Shown here: positions 12,123 through 24,714 of the stretch, one piece after another
How positions within the stretch are numbered: position 1 is the first letter of the stretch
Layout of the letters: the number at the start of each line of letters is the position of its first letter
Assembly: GCA_002189035.1 (NCBI GenBank)
Contig: NEEC01000012.1
Span: 2,232,001 to 2,296,000 of the forward strand
Direction of reading: 5' to 3'
Length of the DNA stretch: 64,000 bases
Source of the DNA: Utricularia gibba
Lineage: Eukaryota; Plantae; Magnoliophyta
The notes under the pieces: generated by a model
Told to the model about the DNA's origin: nothing
The model's database searches: none
What the model saw: only the letters and a program-made list of their open reading frames with translations
Position numbers and translations under genes: made by a program

Positions 12123-13375
12123 ATGGCTTTAAGTTTGTGGGCTATTAGGACAGCTTCATTTCTAAGGGTATCTGTTCCCATCAGAAGTTTTGCTACTGGT
12201 GAGCTTAACTTGTTATTTCCTGCATCTTTTTCTCGCAGTTTTTATGTTTCATTCATTCATTTCTGTGCATTTTTCAGTGAATTGTATGCTCATCTTTTTT
12301 TTAGACCATTGTGGGTGTTTGATGCTTTCTCATTATTTGTTGGAGGTGAATTCAGGATGAGAATGTGATATGCAGTTCTAAAACAAATTGCTTAGTTTTC
12401 TTAGGCTTTTCACCGCAGTTGATAATATAGTGCATTCAATCATTTGTGTCATTCTCTGTTTATTTGTTCTACTTTCCTCATGTCAGCTTTAATGATAATA
12501 TTATTCATTGCATGTTCGGTCTCTGTAGTTTTGAAGGATCTGCAATATGCGGAGTCCCACGAATGGATAAGAGTTGACGGTGATATTGCTGTAATCGGTA
12601 TCACTGATCATGCCCAAGATCACATGGGTGATGTTGTGTTTGTTGAGTTGCCGAATGAGGGAACTCAAGTACAGCGAGGTGAAAGTTTTGGGGCAGCTGA
12701 ATGCAACAAAACTTCCATTGAAATTAACTCACCTGTATCAGGAAAGATAGTCCAGGTGAATGAAGAGGTTCGTGACTCCCCTGGCTTGGTAAGTCATACT
12801 CCAGTTTCTTATAATGGCTAATGCTTAATGTCAATATTATTTTGTGAGAGCCTGAGTTCTTGCACGCAATGCACCGATGACACCATTGTTCATCAGGTGT
12901 AGAAGAACTATATCAGGTCTCTACTTATTTTCTTCTGCATATGATGAACTATGGTGTGTCACAAACTGAATCCTTTGTAGCCCAATTATATTCTTTTTCC
13001 ACTATGGAGGTAGTAGGGCAGGGATTTGAACTTTGGGTGTGCATGAGTATACTCTTAGTCCCTTTTCTCCATTTTTGTCATAAATGCGTTTGATATCAGC
13101 TTCACTTAGTTACTTGTTTTGCTAGCGTAGTGTGTGTAGCCTAGTTACATTCCTTTTCTGTTATAGCAGTTGATGAGTGAGTTGTAAAACTTCTAGCTGC
13201 GAAACTCTAAGTGCGTTATTGATCCCTTTTTGACTTTTTGTAGGTAAATGCAAGTCCTTTTGACAAGGGATGGATGATAAAGGTGGAGATGAAAGATGTT
13301 GAAGAACTGAATTTTCTAATGGACGCTGATGGCTACTCCAACTTCTGCCAAAAAGAAGAGGACGAGGAGCGCTGA
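12123..13375 (+). CDS. GDCH: Glycine cleavage system H-protein, mitochondrial precursor (GDC-H), 3 exons
   Basis: Exons 12123-12198, 12529-12788, 13244-13375. Transit-peptide-like MALSLWAIRTASFLRVSVPIRSFAT. Motifs SHEWIRV, IGITDHAQD..GDVVFVELP, GESFGA.E..K...INSPVSG, VNASPFDKGWMIKV. Confidence 0.93.
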
Positions 13376-13629
13376 GAAGCTCCAGAAAGAGTATTTGGTT
13401 TCATGCGCTTTTTTTTCCATGTCAGAGAATAACAAAACACGTAGTGCAGAATAACTGCGTGATCTTATTTATTCCCCACATGGAGTTTTTTAATTTGTTA
13501 GTGTGAACATTAGGAGCTCATTTGTAAGGAACCTGAAATGGAATGGCTTAACAGAGTGATGTTTCCTGCATTGTGAGGATTCGATGCACATGCAACTTCG
13601 AGGTTTCAAAGCTAAAGAAGTAAGAAATA

Positions 13630-14520
13630 TCCAGTCACAACCCAGTCAGTTACCATAGCCAGCCCCAATGCACCAACATGATCCAGCCCAGCCCAGTCCG
13701 CCGTTACCTAGGCTCGTCCAACACATAGGGTCCACCCATGCAGTCACTGACTCACTGTGGTCCCACCCAGGCAGTCATAATGGCCCATCCCAGTGAGTCC
13801 GAGGCCCAGTCCGCTGTTATCTAGGCCCGTCCAACACATCGGGTCCAGCCCATGCAGTCACTGTGGTCCCACCCAGGCAATCATAATGGCCAGCCCAGTA
13901 ATTCGTGGCCCCGCCCAGTCAGTCCGAGGCCCGTCTGACTCATCGGGTTCAACCCATGCAGTCACTGTGGTCTCGCCCAGGCAGTCATAATAGCCCAGCC
14001 CAGTCAGTCCGAGGCCCAGTCCGCTGTTACCTAGGGCCGTCCAACTCATCGGGTCCCGCCATAGCAGTAATGGCCTAGCCCAGTCAATCACGGCCATCTG
14101 TTACTGAGGCCCCGCCCAGTCATTCACCGCGGCTCAGCCGAGACATTCCAGACGCCCAGCCCATCAGTCATCGTGGCCCAGGCCAGCTGTAGTCATCAGT
14201 GGCCCATCCTAAGCAATCATCTCGACTTAGCCCAATGAGTCGTCGGGTCCAGCACAAAACTCATGGTGGCCCATACCAACACTCACGGAGGCACAGCCTA
14301 TACAGTCGACACCCAGCCTAGTCAATCATCGGGGCCCTGCCCAATGAGTCCTCGGGTCCAGCCCAGAGACTTATCGTGGCCCAGACCAACATTTACTGAG
14401 GCCCTGCCATCATGTTAACCATCAGTGGCCCTGCCCAGTGATTCACCAGGGCCAGCTAGCCTAGTCAATCATCGGCCATCAAGTTCCGAGGCGCAGCCCA
14501 GTCAGTCACTGTGGCCCAGC
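13630..14520. repeat. Degenerate GC-rich nested tandem array (about 21-bp subunit with CCCAGTCA/GCCCA core, plus about 85-125 bp higher-order units)
   Basis: CCCAGTCCGC(C/T)GTTA(C/T)CTAGG recurs at about 13692, 13805 and 14015. CCCATGCAGTCACTG and CCCAGGCA(G/A)TCATAAT each recur three times. About 19 RGCCCA motifs by manual count. Confidence 0.85.
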
Positions 14521-15014
14521 AAGTTGCTCTTGAATGATGAAGCATTTTTTGCATGTCTGTCCCAGAAACCAACCAAGTTTATATTTGCTTCCGAGAAATC
14601 TACTCAAGAGGTCATCCCAAGTTCCAACAACTTTTTTGATGGTTCAGCATTTCAGCAACCGACACAACTACCTGCTGTTTTCATAATGAAATTAAATGAA
14701 AACTGTCATGTCAAGTAACAAAGAAACAAATCATCTTCATGAGATAAGAATCAAGGGACTTGCAGCCACAGCACAATTCTTAGAAGGGAGCGGAGTGCAA
14801 GCAGGAAGTCTAAATTGATCAACCTGCCATACAACATAAAACCAATAATGATAAACCTTCTCCTAAACTAGTAAACTGATAGTTACAAGGAACGCATCCG
14901 AGCAAAAAGTGGAGATGTGAGAATCTCCATTAGAACATGAATTGAAGAGCAATCAATTGGTCCACAGAAGGGAATCATGGAAGTTTTCGAGTAAGAGATG
15001 CAATACCACCGCAT

Positions 15015-18000
15015 TCATATTTTATTGTATCCTTCTTGTAACATTAAATGCCTATAGCTACGCCCCCTTATGATGCGCTGCCAACTGAAACGGATTGAGT
15101 CTGTCAAACTGAGGCTTATTCGCTCCTGCACAAGCCTGTACAAATTTTCAATCAGATCAGGATATCAAAAACATCTCTATTCGCTTTAGCATGCGCACCA
15201 TTGTTAGGGATCATAACAATGATCAAATGGAAACATAAGAAAGTAAATAATAATCACCATACACATAAAAAATATTAAACTTATACTCCCAGAGACACTT
15301 ACCATCTCACGAGACATCTTTCAATCCCACGCGTGACAGGCCGGATAAAGGATGGATCCCTTTGGGTATATAATAGGCCAACCTGGAATAAAAGCAGCCC
15401 CACTAATTATTACTAAGCTGCCTTGAAGCAAAGAGCATTTCACTAATGAAATGAAAAAGCATGGAACATTGATAAGCTTACCTCCAACAATGCAACAGCC
15501 GAGGGATCATCGAAGAACTCGAGGCTAGAATCAGCAAGATAGTTAACCTAGATTGGATGAAGGTAAATCCTCAGATTGTTGAAAAATTGCAAATGCATGA
15601 TGTGTCATTTAGAAATTTATATCATGTACGATGCAAGCCACGAATGACAAGATAGCCAAATGTATGAATTGGAACATACAAATCTGCAATGAATAGAAGA
15701 TAAAATCATTAAAAAAATAATCACCCCAAATTCTGAAATGACTAGAGATTTAAGAAAATCCATCATCTGAATCTTGACCCATGTTTTTATCCCACTTCTT
15801 GGAGGATGTCTCCAAGGAGCACCAAAACACAATCTGTCTTTCAAAATTTTTCCACTTTGTGCATCCATAGCGAACTTTTCCAGTAATAACAGTGCTTTAT
15901 CCATCGCAGGATTGACAACAGTAACCTGGCACAGAAATTCACCGTAGAGATGAGATGAGACTAACTCTAGATGAAAATAGAATTTCTAAAGACAGGATAA
16001 TCATAAATCAAAAGATCTAGAAAGAATCTAGCACCAGGTTAGGAGCTTACTTGTAAATATGCCAAGTACAAATCTAGAACATCAAATGTACTCCCTGAGT
16101 TTATCAACCTGCAAATCTTTTGTCAATGGCAAGCTCAATATCAATTATTTATAATTCGTGTTAGGTGAGATAGCTGGTATCTTTCCAGATCAATACACGA
16201 CAGAATTTTACTGGCAGTACTACCTAGATTTGAGCATGTGCAACTCAAAAAGATGGCGCGGATTTGGCCCTATTGCGTCAACAATTACACTCCACTGCAG
16301 AACGGAAAGAGTGTGCATATCATTACTTTTCCAGAACAAAAAATTCATTCGGTTCTGTACAAGTTATAATGCCAAGACTCCAACATTAAGCCGATCCCAC
16401 CACGGAGTCTAGTTTTCTGTGCATTCTCCAAACAATTTCCAGTTTTTATCAAATTTCTCAGTTACATGAATGGGAAAGGGTCTTGTGACATCTTCAAAAC
16501 CCGAATCATTTTCTCCAAAGACCCTTAGACGCTTCACATTTCCTGAAACCAGTTCTCTAGGTAACTCTAAACGAGATTCTCTATTTTTTGTCCTTTTGTG
16601 GAAAAAAATATTAACGAAGACTTAAATACAATCTTTTGTTTCATGAAAATGGAGTATTATCCCCTATTGTTGGGTCTCATGTGCAAGCATGTATCCAGCT
16701 AGATGGACGTTGCATACAATTGGCAAGCATGGAAAAATATGAGGATAAATAACTTATACAAAACCAGTTTATAGAAACCACCCAGTTTCATAACGTGAAG
16801 AAGTTTCCCATTGAAAATTTTCCACAAAATTTTAAGGGATCCAAAGTTTGTTTTAAGAAATGAAATATGTACCTCGGATTGACTAAAATAGTCATCAACC
16901 ATATGCATTTGAGCTTCTGCTGGAGTCCATCCAAAAGTCTTTCAGTTTTTGAATAGCCACATGTGATCCCAAAGTATTAAAACACATGACTTAGAGTTTG
17001 ATGAACACATGAAAATTACAAATCACAAATCCCATGACCTCAGAAAAATGAACATGATAAATACAGGCATGCATCAAAACATGATATGCAGATAATACAG
17101 CAAAAATTCACAATCAATTATGTTTTATCTAGAAAAAATTCGCTATGCATAATCACAAATCAAACTAATCTCCAGCACCAACCACCTCATGCAACAGTAT
17201 GGAGCTCATAGTAGAGCTTTGGCTATCAACCTTGCTTTGTACCGGCAATTCAACTACATGGAATTGTAGTTCTATCCTATGGCACCAGCCACGTTGCATT
17301 GCAATGAAATGAATCATGGTGCATCAATTGTGTTGCTCTCATTAGAGCTTTAGCTATAAAACGCATTCTGTTTCTGAAATTCTACTCCACAGAATTGTAA
17401 CATGAGTACCATCTAGATGTTAATGTGTGAAAACAAAATTTTTCAAGACGCCTGCAACACCCATAAATTTCCAACAAAGGAGCTGAAAGCAGTTTGATAT
17501 CATATGCAGCAATCCTTGTTCCAATAAAACAAAAGAATAAGCACAATCCTTGCAGCAAGTAAGCAAACATGTACATAGAGAAAGAAAGCTTACCTCACGG
17601 GAAATGAAAACATCTGGGAAACCAAAATCCATAAAAGCTTTGTATGAGTAGTAGCTGAAATATAAACCACTTGTTAATCCTAACAGAAAAAGGGAAGGAA
17701 GCACATGCCTATGGAGAGTGGCAGTAAGAAAGCTTAAAATTATTAAGAGCTTAAAAGGAAAAAAGATATGAGCTGTTCAGGCATCTGCCATAATTAATAG
17801 GAACTTAAAACCATTTACTAAGCTTAAGGCACGTAGTAGCATTTTTAAAATACAGTTCAAGCCCCAGATATCATGCTCATTAACCAAGCATAAGTTACGC
17901 AGATGCTTAAAGCTTTTCCGAAACAATCAAAATGTAGCATGAAGGGTATCAAAAGCCATGCTGATGGGTGAAAAAACATAGATTTGCATGATCCAGCTGA

Positions 18001-19845
18001 TCATGTTAAAGTTAGTAGGGCAGAGAAAGGAGGACTCCTTAGTCACTAATAGATGGTAAAATTATCTCTTTAAACAAGAATATTTACCCATCAGATGTGA
18101 CAAGAATAACGGGAAGACACCTCTCATTTGCACCCAAAGCCACCATTCTCCAAATCAGGCTATCATGGTACATGGATCCACATATGATTTTATCATCCTC
18201 AGTAATGGCGTTCTTCAGAACTTCAATATTGTTAATCACCAGTTTTGGCTATTTGTTTAACCAAAAAAAAGGCACTCTGATAAGAGCGATAATTAAAAAA
18301 ATTACAGAAGAGATTAGAACAAAGCTATACTGAGATCTACATCCTGGACACACACACTGCTTGAATAATTCTTAGATACAAAATAAAAAAGAGTCACGAA
18401 TATAAAGAAGCTTTTTGCTAAACCATTACAATAAATCGAGTTCCGAATTCTCGAATTGATCGACACCAAATCAAAACCTCTTGACCCTGTGCATTTTCAG
18501 TTTAAAATACATGGTTTCAACAGTCAGGCGAGTGAGCTAAAATCATTAAAACTGCACTTAAAAGTTCCTATAGCAGCAACTGAAACATATTTTTAACTCT
18601 TCATCATCTAGTAGTCAAATCGTTCAGATTATTATAGACGGGCAGCATCAAATGCTGAAAAATTGTGGCAGGTGTCTCAAATTATTCTGATTTCACATAA
18701 ACTAAGAGTAGAATCTAAATTACCTGAAAGTAGTCCATTTCTGCTGCTGATGACAGCAGCTCAAGCAACAAACATGGCCAATCAGTCGCAGAATTTGCTA
18801 AGGATCGTGAAAACCTGCCAGTAGTGTTCATATCACGAATTGCCTCCTCCCTCCACTTCTGTTGTGCCACAATCACCTCTTTGGCCAACTTCAGTGCAGC
18901 CATGGCTTCCTTGCAGAATGACATGTCCTCCACTTTATTGTTCTCATCTCGTAAACTATCTAATTCTTGTTTACTCAAAGCTGAAATTAACTTAAAAACG
19001 GCACTGTCCCACAAATTCGATACAGATGGCCTTTTTCTTTTACTTTTTAAATGCCCTCCTTGACCTGTATTGCTCTCCAAAATTCTGCTGAGAACTGTTG
19101 AGGGACTGTGCCATTTACTTACTTTACTAAATATTTGTTGGGAGCTGATTACACCAAGCCTGATAGCTTTTCTGATCATCGATTCAAGGCAATCTTCCAG
19201 TTGGTCTTTGAGAACAACAAGTCTACAAGGTGGGCAATTTGTCCATGATGCCCATGGATAAGAGTGGCCATGCTTGGGGTGGTATTCTTCTATTGCTTCA
19301 GCAAAGTCAACATAACCAGTTATATGAGGCCCTTTGTTCCACGCCTCAAATAGACCTTGTAGAGACAAAGATTATAGATTACATTCCAATGCATGCTGCA
19401 TATCAGTATCAAAGGCTTGTATACTAACTTCCATTTACAGATTGCATATTGCCAATTATATGTTGGAAGAGCAAAAAAATTAACAAAAATATTAATTGAA
19501 GACCGCAAATGCTTTTTCTCTGGATCACATGTCCAATATTTTAAGAACTTATATCATTTTAAATCATGAGGCCTAAAGGGAATAGATGTATGGATTTATA
19601 AATAGTTGATTGTGTAGCATACATTTTCCCCCCAGAAATGCTGTGTGCACAAGGATATATTCAAACCCATTAACAGATATTAGAAGCCTCATTTACTTAC
19701 GATTACGAATAAGGGTGGTTTTGCCAACACCCCGGGGACCATGTAGGATGAGAGGTTGAGGGACAAGATGGTGCTGCACGTGGTTGTTGAGGACTGTTTC
19801 TAGAAGAGGCCTTGGGATGATTCGCCAAGTCTTGAGGTTCAGCAT
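15015..19845 (-). CDS. Uncharacterised plant P-loop NTPase-fold protein (Walker A GPRGVGKT), 11 coding exons
   Basis: Exon 19845-19701 reads MLNLKTWRIIPRPLLETVLNNHVQHHLVPQPLILHGPRGVGKTTLIRN. Later exons (19355-18724, 18248-18088, etc.) join in frame through PKLVINNIE, LPVILVTSD, IGPNPRHLFEL, LYLAYLQVTVVNPAM to RGRSYRHLMLQEGYNKI*. A probable 5' UTR exon lies at about 20309-20600. Confidence 0.85.
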
Positions 19846-20790
19846 TTATCAAGACGCTGAAGAAAACAAAGCAAGACTGACGATAAAGCATGCCAGCCAG
19901 CGAGTATGAGTGATTATATTATATTTTGTGTCATGAAGCAACTACATTCCATGTCTTTTTACTACTCACTGGTTATAATAATACCGCGTACAGGGCTTAC
20001 CGTTACTAAATGAACATGTAAGGGATTCCTTATCGATGGCAATCATATATATAAAACTTTAATACCTTAATACAATACTCCTCAACACGAGGGTTGCAAA
20101 TGCATCCTCCTGTCTGTCAACATATAAGGAATACCTGAATCAAGTTAAACGAATTTGCATTTCATTGAGAACTTTTCTCAAGCACTTTGAGCGCATTCAC
20201 CAAATAACAACTACGAACATCAAACAACCAGGCGTTACCTGTAAGATTGGAGCCGGATTCTCGAGGGAGTTGGCAGGTCGCTTCAGAGGAAGAGATGGCC
20301 AGACCTACCTGAATATAAAAATCCACAGCACCGCGAACAAGACAGACGACATTGCCAAGGTACGCAGCGTTCCCCCCTACCGAAAGAGAGATATCTATCC
20401 GGAGACCGATTCTTGATGAAGCATAGATCGAAATCAAAGGTGAGGAGAAGTGAGTGAAACTGAGAAACTCGAGGCCAAGACAATTACAGCAAAACTACAG
20501 AGGTTTTCCGCTTTTATAAGGTATCTGATGACTAGCCGTTGTTTCAAAGGTAAAAACACCCACACAACGCATTGGGCCAAAAACTGCAAGTTCAACCGAG
20601 TGTAAGATCCATTTGATATGCACACAGAATAAATCAATCTCATTTCATCTGGGGCTCGATGAGGCCCATTTCTTAAGTGGCATGGGACTGGAACTCTGGC
20701 TCTGGAATGGAAGATGCATTTTATGTTTTATAGTTGATATGGGGTGCAGTTTTTGGAATAGGTTTATTTTGTAAAACACTTTTGGACTAA

Positions 20791-21009
20791 GAGGTTTCTG
20801 AAAAAATTTTAAAATTTATTTTTACTTTTCAAAAGTAAATATAATTTTATTTTAAAATATTTTTAATTGTAAAATTAATTTTACTAAAAATATTTTTAAA
20901 ATTATAAATACAAAAAATATTTTTAGAAAAATAAGTAATTGATTAATTTTACTTTTTATTTCTGATTTTCAAAAATAATTTTGAAAAGTAAAAACAGATT
21001 TCAAAACTT
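20791..21009. mobile_element. AT-rich fold-back (MITE-like) element, copy 2
   Basis: Preceded by TAA. Begins GAGGTTTCTGAAAAAATTTT. Similar to the 3979-4199 element in both orientations. Confidence 0.45.
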
Positions 21010-21449
21010 CAACTTTAAAAACCACATTAACCCAACTTGCCAAATTGACTTCAGAGTGACAAAGAAACAGCCACCGATGCCCAGAAGCCACAGCGCAGCA
21101 CCTGTTGCCGTAGCGCTGCTCTGCACATCCAACTCAACTACGGCTGTATTCAAACTCTCATTCTCTGTTTTCAGGTTATGCCTCGTTCAATCCAGAAGCT
21201 CAATTACCTCAAGAAGATCGAATGGTCCTTTTTTTTTCTTGCAGAAACACAAGGAAAAGATATCCAAGTGAACTTGAATCAAGCACCGGGTATCCATCCC
21301 ATGTGTCAGTCAAAAGGGATAATATTATTCTGAATTAAAGAAGATGAGGCCACCTTCCATGAGGTGCTTCCAAAGCAGAAGAAAATGTCTAACAAGGGTA
21401 TCTGTTTTTTATTCGGAGTGAGGGGGAATGTGACTGACACTTTACATGA

Positions 21450-23624
21450 TCAGCCTTCCAGCGCTGATGCTCCAGAAATAATCTCAATCAGCTCAGTGGT
21501 GATGGAAGCTTGGCGAGTTCTGCGGACAAGAAAGGAAACATTTAGTGGGATGGTTGTGGTCAAATGATACTCTAGCATGGTGAAGAAAATAAAATCAATG
21601 CTTTTGAATTTTAGAGATGCGTATCACAACGTTAGATCGGATGATTCACAAAAACTAGCCTATGCAGGAGACTCAAGGGAAAAAACGCGAAGATTCGGGA
21701 AGGCTGTAAAAACCTGTTGTAAGTAAGAGTGAGGCGATCAAGCATATCCCCAGCATTTCTGCTTGAGCTGTCCATGGCAGACATTCTAGCTCCCTGCTCA
21801 CTGCACGCATTTTCTAAAACTGCATTGAATAGAACCTGAGCCAAAACAAGTGCTGCTCATCACATAAACTGAATAAGCCGACGTGTAAGCCTACAGGAAA
21901 CAGCCTTACCGACTCTACTAAAAAAGCAAAAAACTTACGCAGGAAAATTGGAACTCTGTAAGATTCTGAAGCACCTCAGACTTTGACTCAGCACCTTCAA
22001 TTTCATATGCGTCCAAATCCCCAAGCTTTCCACCAGCTTCAGATTCTCTCTCCACGATCTACATTGTAACATAGTTAGCATCAGAGCAAAATGGAAAACA
22101 GTACAAAAAAATGAGCATGGTAAACCAAGCCATTGTCTAACCTCAGGAGACAATATAGTTGAGGTTGTTGGGACAAATGAGACAACAGAGTGGAACTTAT
22201 TAAAGACAACCCTGAGTGCATCATACTCTACATTTTTTAGGATGTCATCAGCCAGCACAGCAACCTGAAACCAACCAAATGTAAGTTAAAACAAACCAGA
22301 AGTAAATACAAAATTCAAACGATCTCTAAGTTTATTTTTCTAACTACAAATCAATAATCATGCAACATTCCCGAGTCATTATTCTAGACTTGAATGCCTG
22401 CAAGCTGAAGCGCATGGTTGCCATTTTTGGGATCACTTATCATTCTTAAACGCTGGCCATTCGCATGAAAATGACGCCATAAATGAAAAAGAACCTGGGT
22501 AAAATTCAGAGGATTCTTCTGCAACTCAGTAATTGACAACTGAATATCCGCTTTTGAGTCTCGCACAAGTTGTGCCTTGGCCTTCTCTCCCAGGATGACA
22601 TATTTCGACTCCTTTTCAGGGTCTGTAGTGACCAAATTTTATTAAAAGCACCCTTAAGTAATTTATGTGAAACAAAATGGAGAAAAATAAACCACAAAGA
22701 AGGCAATAACGAAGAACTTCAATAAATTCTCAGGTACCAGAATTTAGCTTATGGAGAGCCCTGCTAATCTTGACAACGGTAGAGTTTATTCCACCACATA
22801 GACCCTTGTCAGAAGAGATTGCGACAACAACATTCTTCTTGACATCCACACCTAATACAATAGATATTGACGTATTACTAATCTTGAGAATGTAAGAATT
22901 GGCAGAATCAGTCGATGGCTAACAGGAAAACTTAAACGACTACAAACCCTAAAATGGTTATTCAAGCATACTTGGAATGTCACCGAGGAGTGCTGTGAAT
23001 GGCTGCCACAGACCACGGGAATTTTCAGTTTTGTTCTGCACAGCACGAAGTTTTGAGGCTGCAACCATCTTCATAGCTTTTGTAATCTTTTGAATACTCT
23101 TCACACTCTTCATGCGATTACGAACTACAGATGAGGAATTTCATCAGATACATTTGATATAAAACAAGCTTCACAAATAATATTGACAAAAAAAAGAAGA
23201 CTCACCGACTTGAGTAGAGATTGAACGAGCACCAGAAAATGCTGATTCCCTGTTAAATGACACAAATCTCAACACAAAATAAATGCACCGGACAACATAA
23301 GACGAGTCCAGAGGCAACAAAATAAAAACAAAAATAGGAACCCGATTCAGATCTAAGAAGACACAAGTGCGCCACAAACACCGAAAGCTTCCGAATTTCC
23401 AATTCTATTTGCCAGACGATGGCATCGACTAAGGGGCATTATTTCGTAAGTGACTAATGCAAATGAAATAACGCGACACCATAGATCCCTAAGAAAAACA
23501 AGCAGACAAAAAAAAAAACATACTCGTATGAAGCCAGAGATGAGCGGATCGGAATGACGGGGCGAGGAGAAACGACGGCGGCCGCCATCCGCCGACCCTC
23601 ACGCCTCAGAGCTGTCATCGCCAT
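21450..23624 (-). CDS. ATP3: Mitochondrial F1 ATP synthase gamma subunit, 9 exons
   Basis: Presequence [12 protein letters not shown]. Motifs [84 protein letters not shown]. Confidence 0.97.
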
Positions 23625-24714
23625 CTCACTGAGAACCTTCACCGAGGGAGCTTTTCCTAGAGATGGAGGAAATTGGGAATCGTTTAGGTTAAAATGGGAG
23701 GCCGGACAGAGGAGTGTTATTTTCCGGTATCCCCTTCGCAAATTTCACCAATTCATAGTACATTCTTTATTAAAATTAAATTTATATTTTCTGTTTTTCA
23801 TGATATTCAAACTTATCCCATAAATTTTTTCCTTACATTTAATCATATTTTTATATCAAATATCATAGCTTACAATTTTTTATACTATATTATTCATTTT
23901 AAATATCTAATAATCATAATTTTATATTTTTTTCAGGAAAAATACTTTATATAAGATTAGAAATATTTCTTTATTTAAACATATTTCTTATTTTATCTTT
24001 ATATACAATTCCAAAATTATTAATTTATATTTTCTAAAAATAATTTCGTATTAATAATAGTTATTTAATATAGTAGATTCATTTTCAAACATTGTTATCT
24101 TCTATTTCTACATATGTGATAAAAATATTATTATAGAAATTAAATGGTGATATCATTTACTAATAATGTAATGGCATGTTCAAACATTTTTTATTCAAAA
24201 ATTAGAAAAAAAATTTTTACAATATATTATGTATTTTCATCTGTAAACACTAATTCTTTTTAATAAAAATTGGAGAATAAGATTTTATAATTAAAATATT
24301 TAAAATAACATAATATAAAAGTAAATTTAAAATTGTAACTGGAATTATTAAAAACCATTGTTAACAATTTATAATTTTTAAAATAACCAAAGCTACACGT
24401 TTACCAAGAGGTTAATGTTTTAAAAAATGATTAAAAAAACAAATAATAAAACCGTGTTTCTTACATTGCCAAAGAGAACGGCGGCGTACTCTTCGTAAAC
24501 TCTTTACCGAATTGGAAGAACGTGGTAGGGATCAAGAAGTTGACGGCTGTATCCAGCGCACACCAAGATTGCTCGCTGAATTCGAACATTAGAAAATTCC
24601 CACATTCCTTCTTCTCTGCGTCTCCGGGTGTATTCCCGGATCCGCGTTTTCGCTGCTAAATTGTTGTTTGTGTTCGACTTCAACCAGCGAAGGGGTTGAC
24701 TGAGTAGTCAAATT

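Noticed and set aside
13630-14520. Repeat array considered as CRISPR-like or as an intact repeat protein
   Set aside because: The context is eukaryotic, there is no constant repeat with unique spacers, and all frames are interrupted by stops.
16210-16230. Apparent premature stop (LKSR*) in the P-loop gene
   Set aside because: A phase-2 donor AG|GTAGTA just before the TAG joins in frame to the next exon (R-LINSGSTF...), so the gene can be intact.
21000-21250. Minus-strand coding-like stretch (coiled-coil-like then hydrophobic) downstream of ATP3
   Set aside because: It has an in-frame stop, no start or recognisable family, and is probably 3' UTR or flank.
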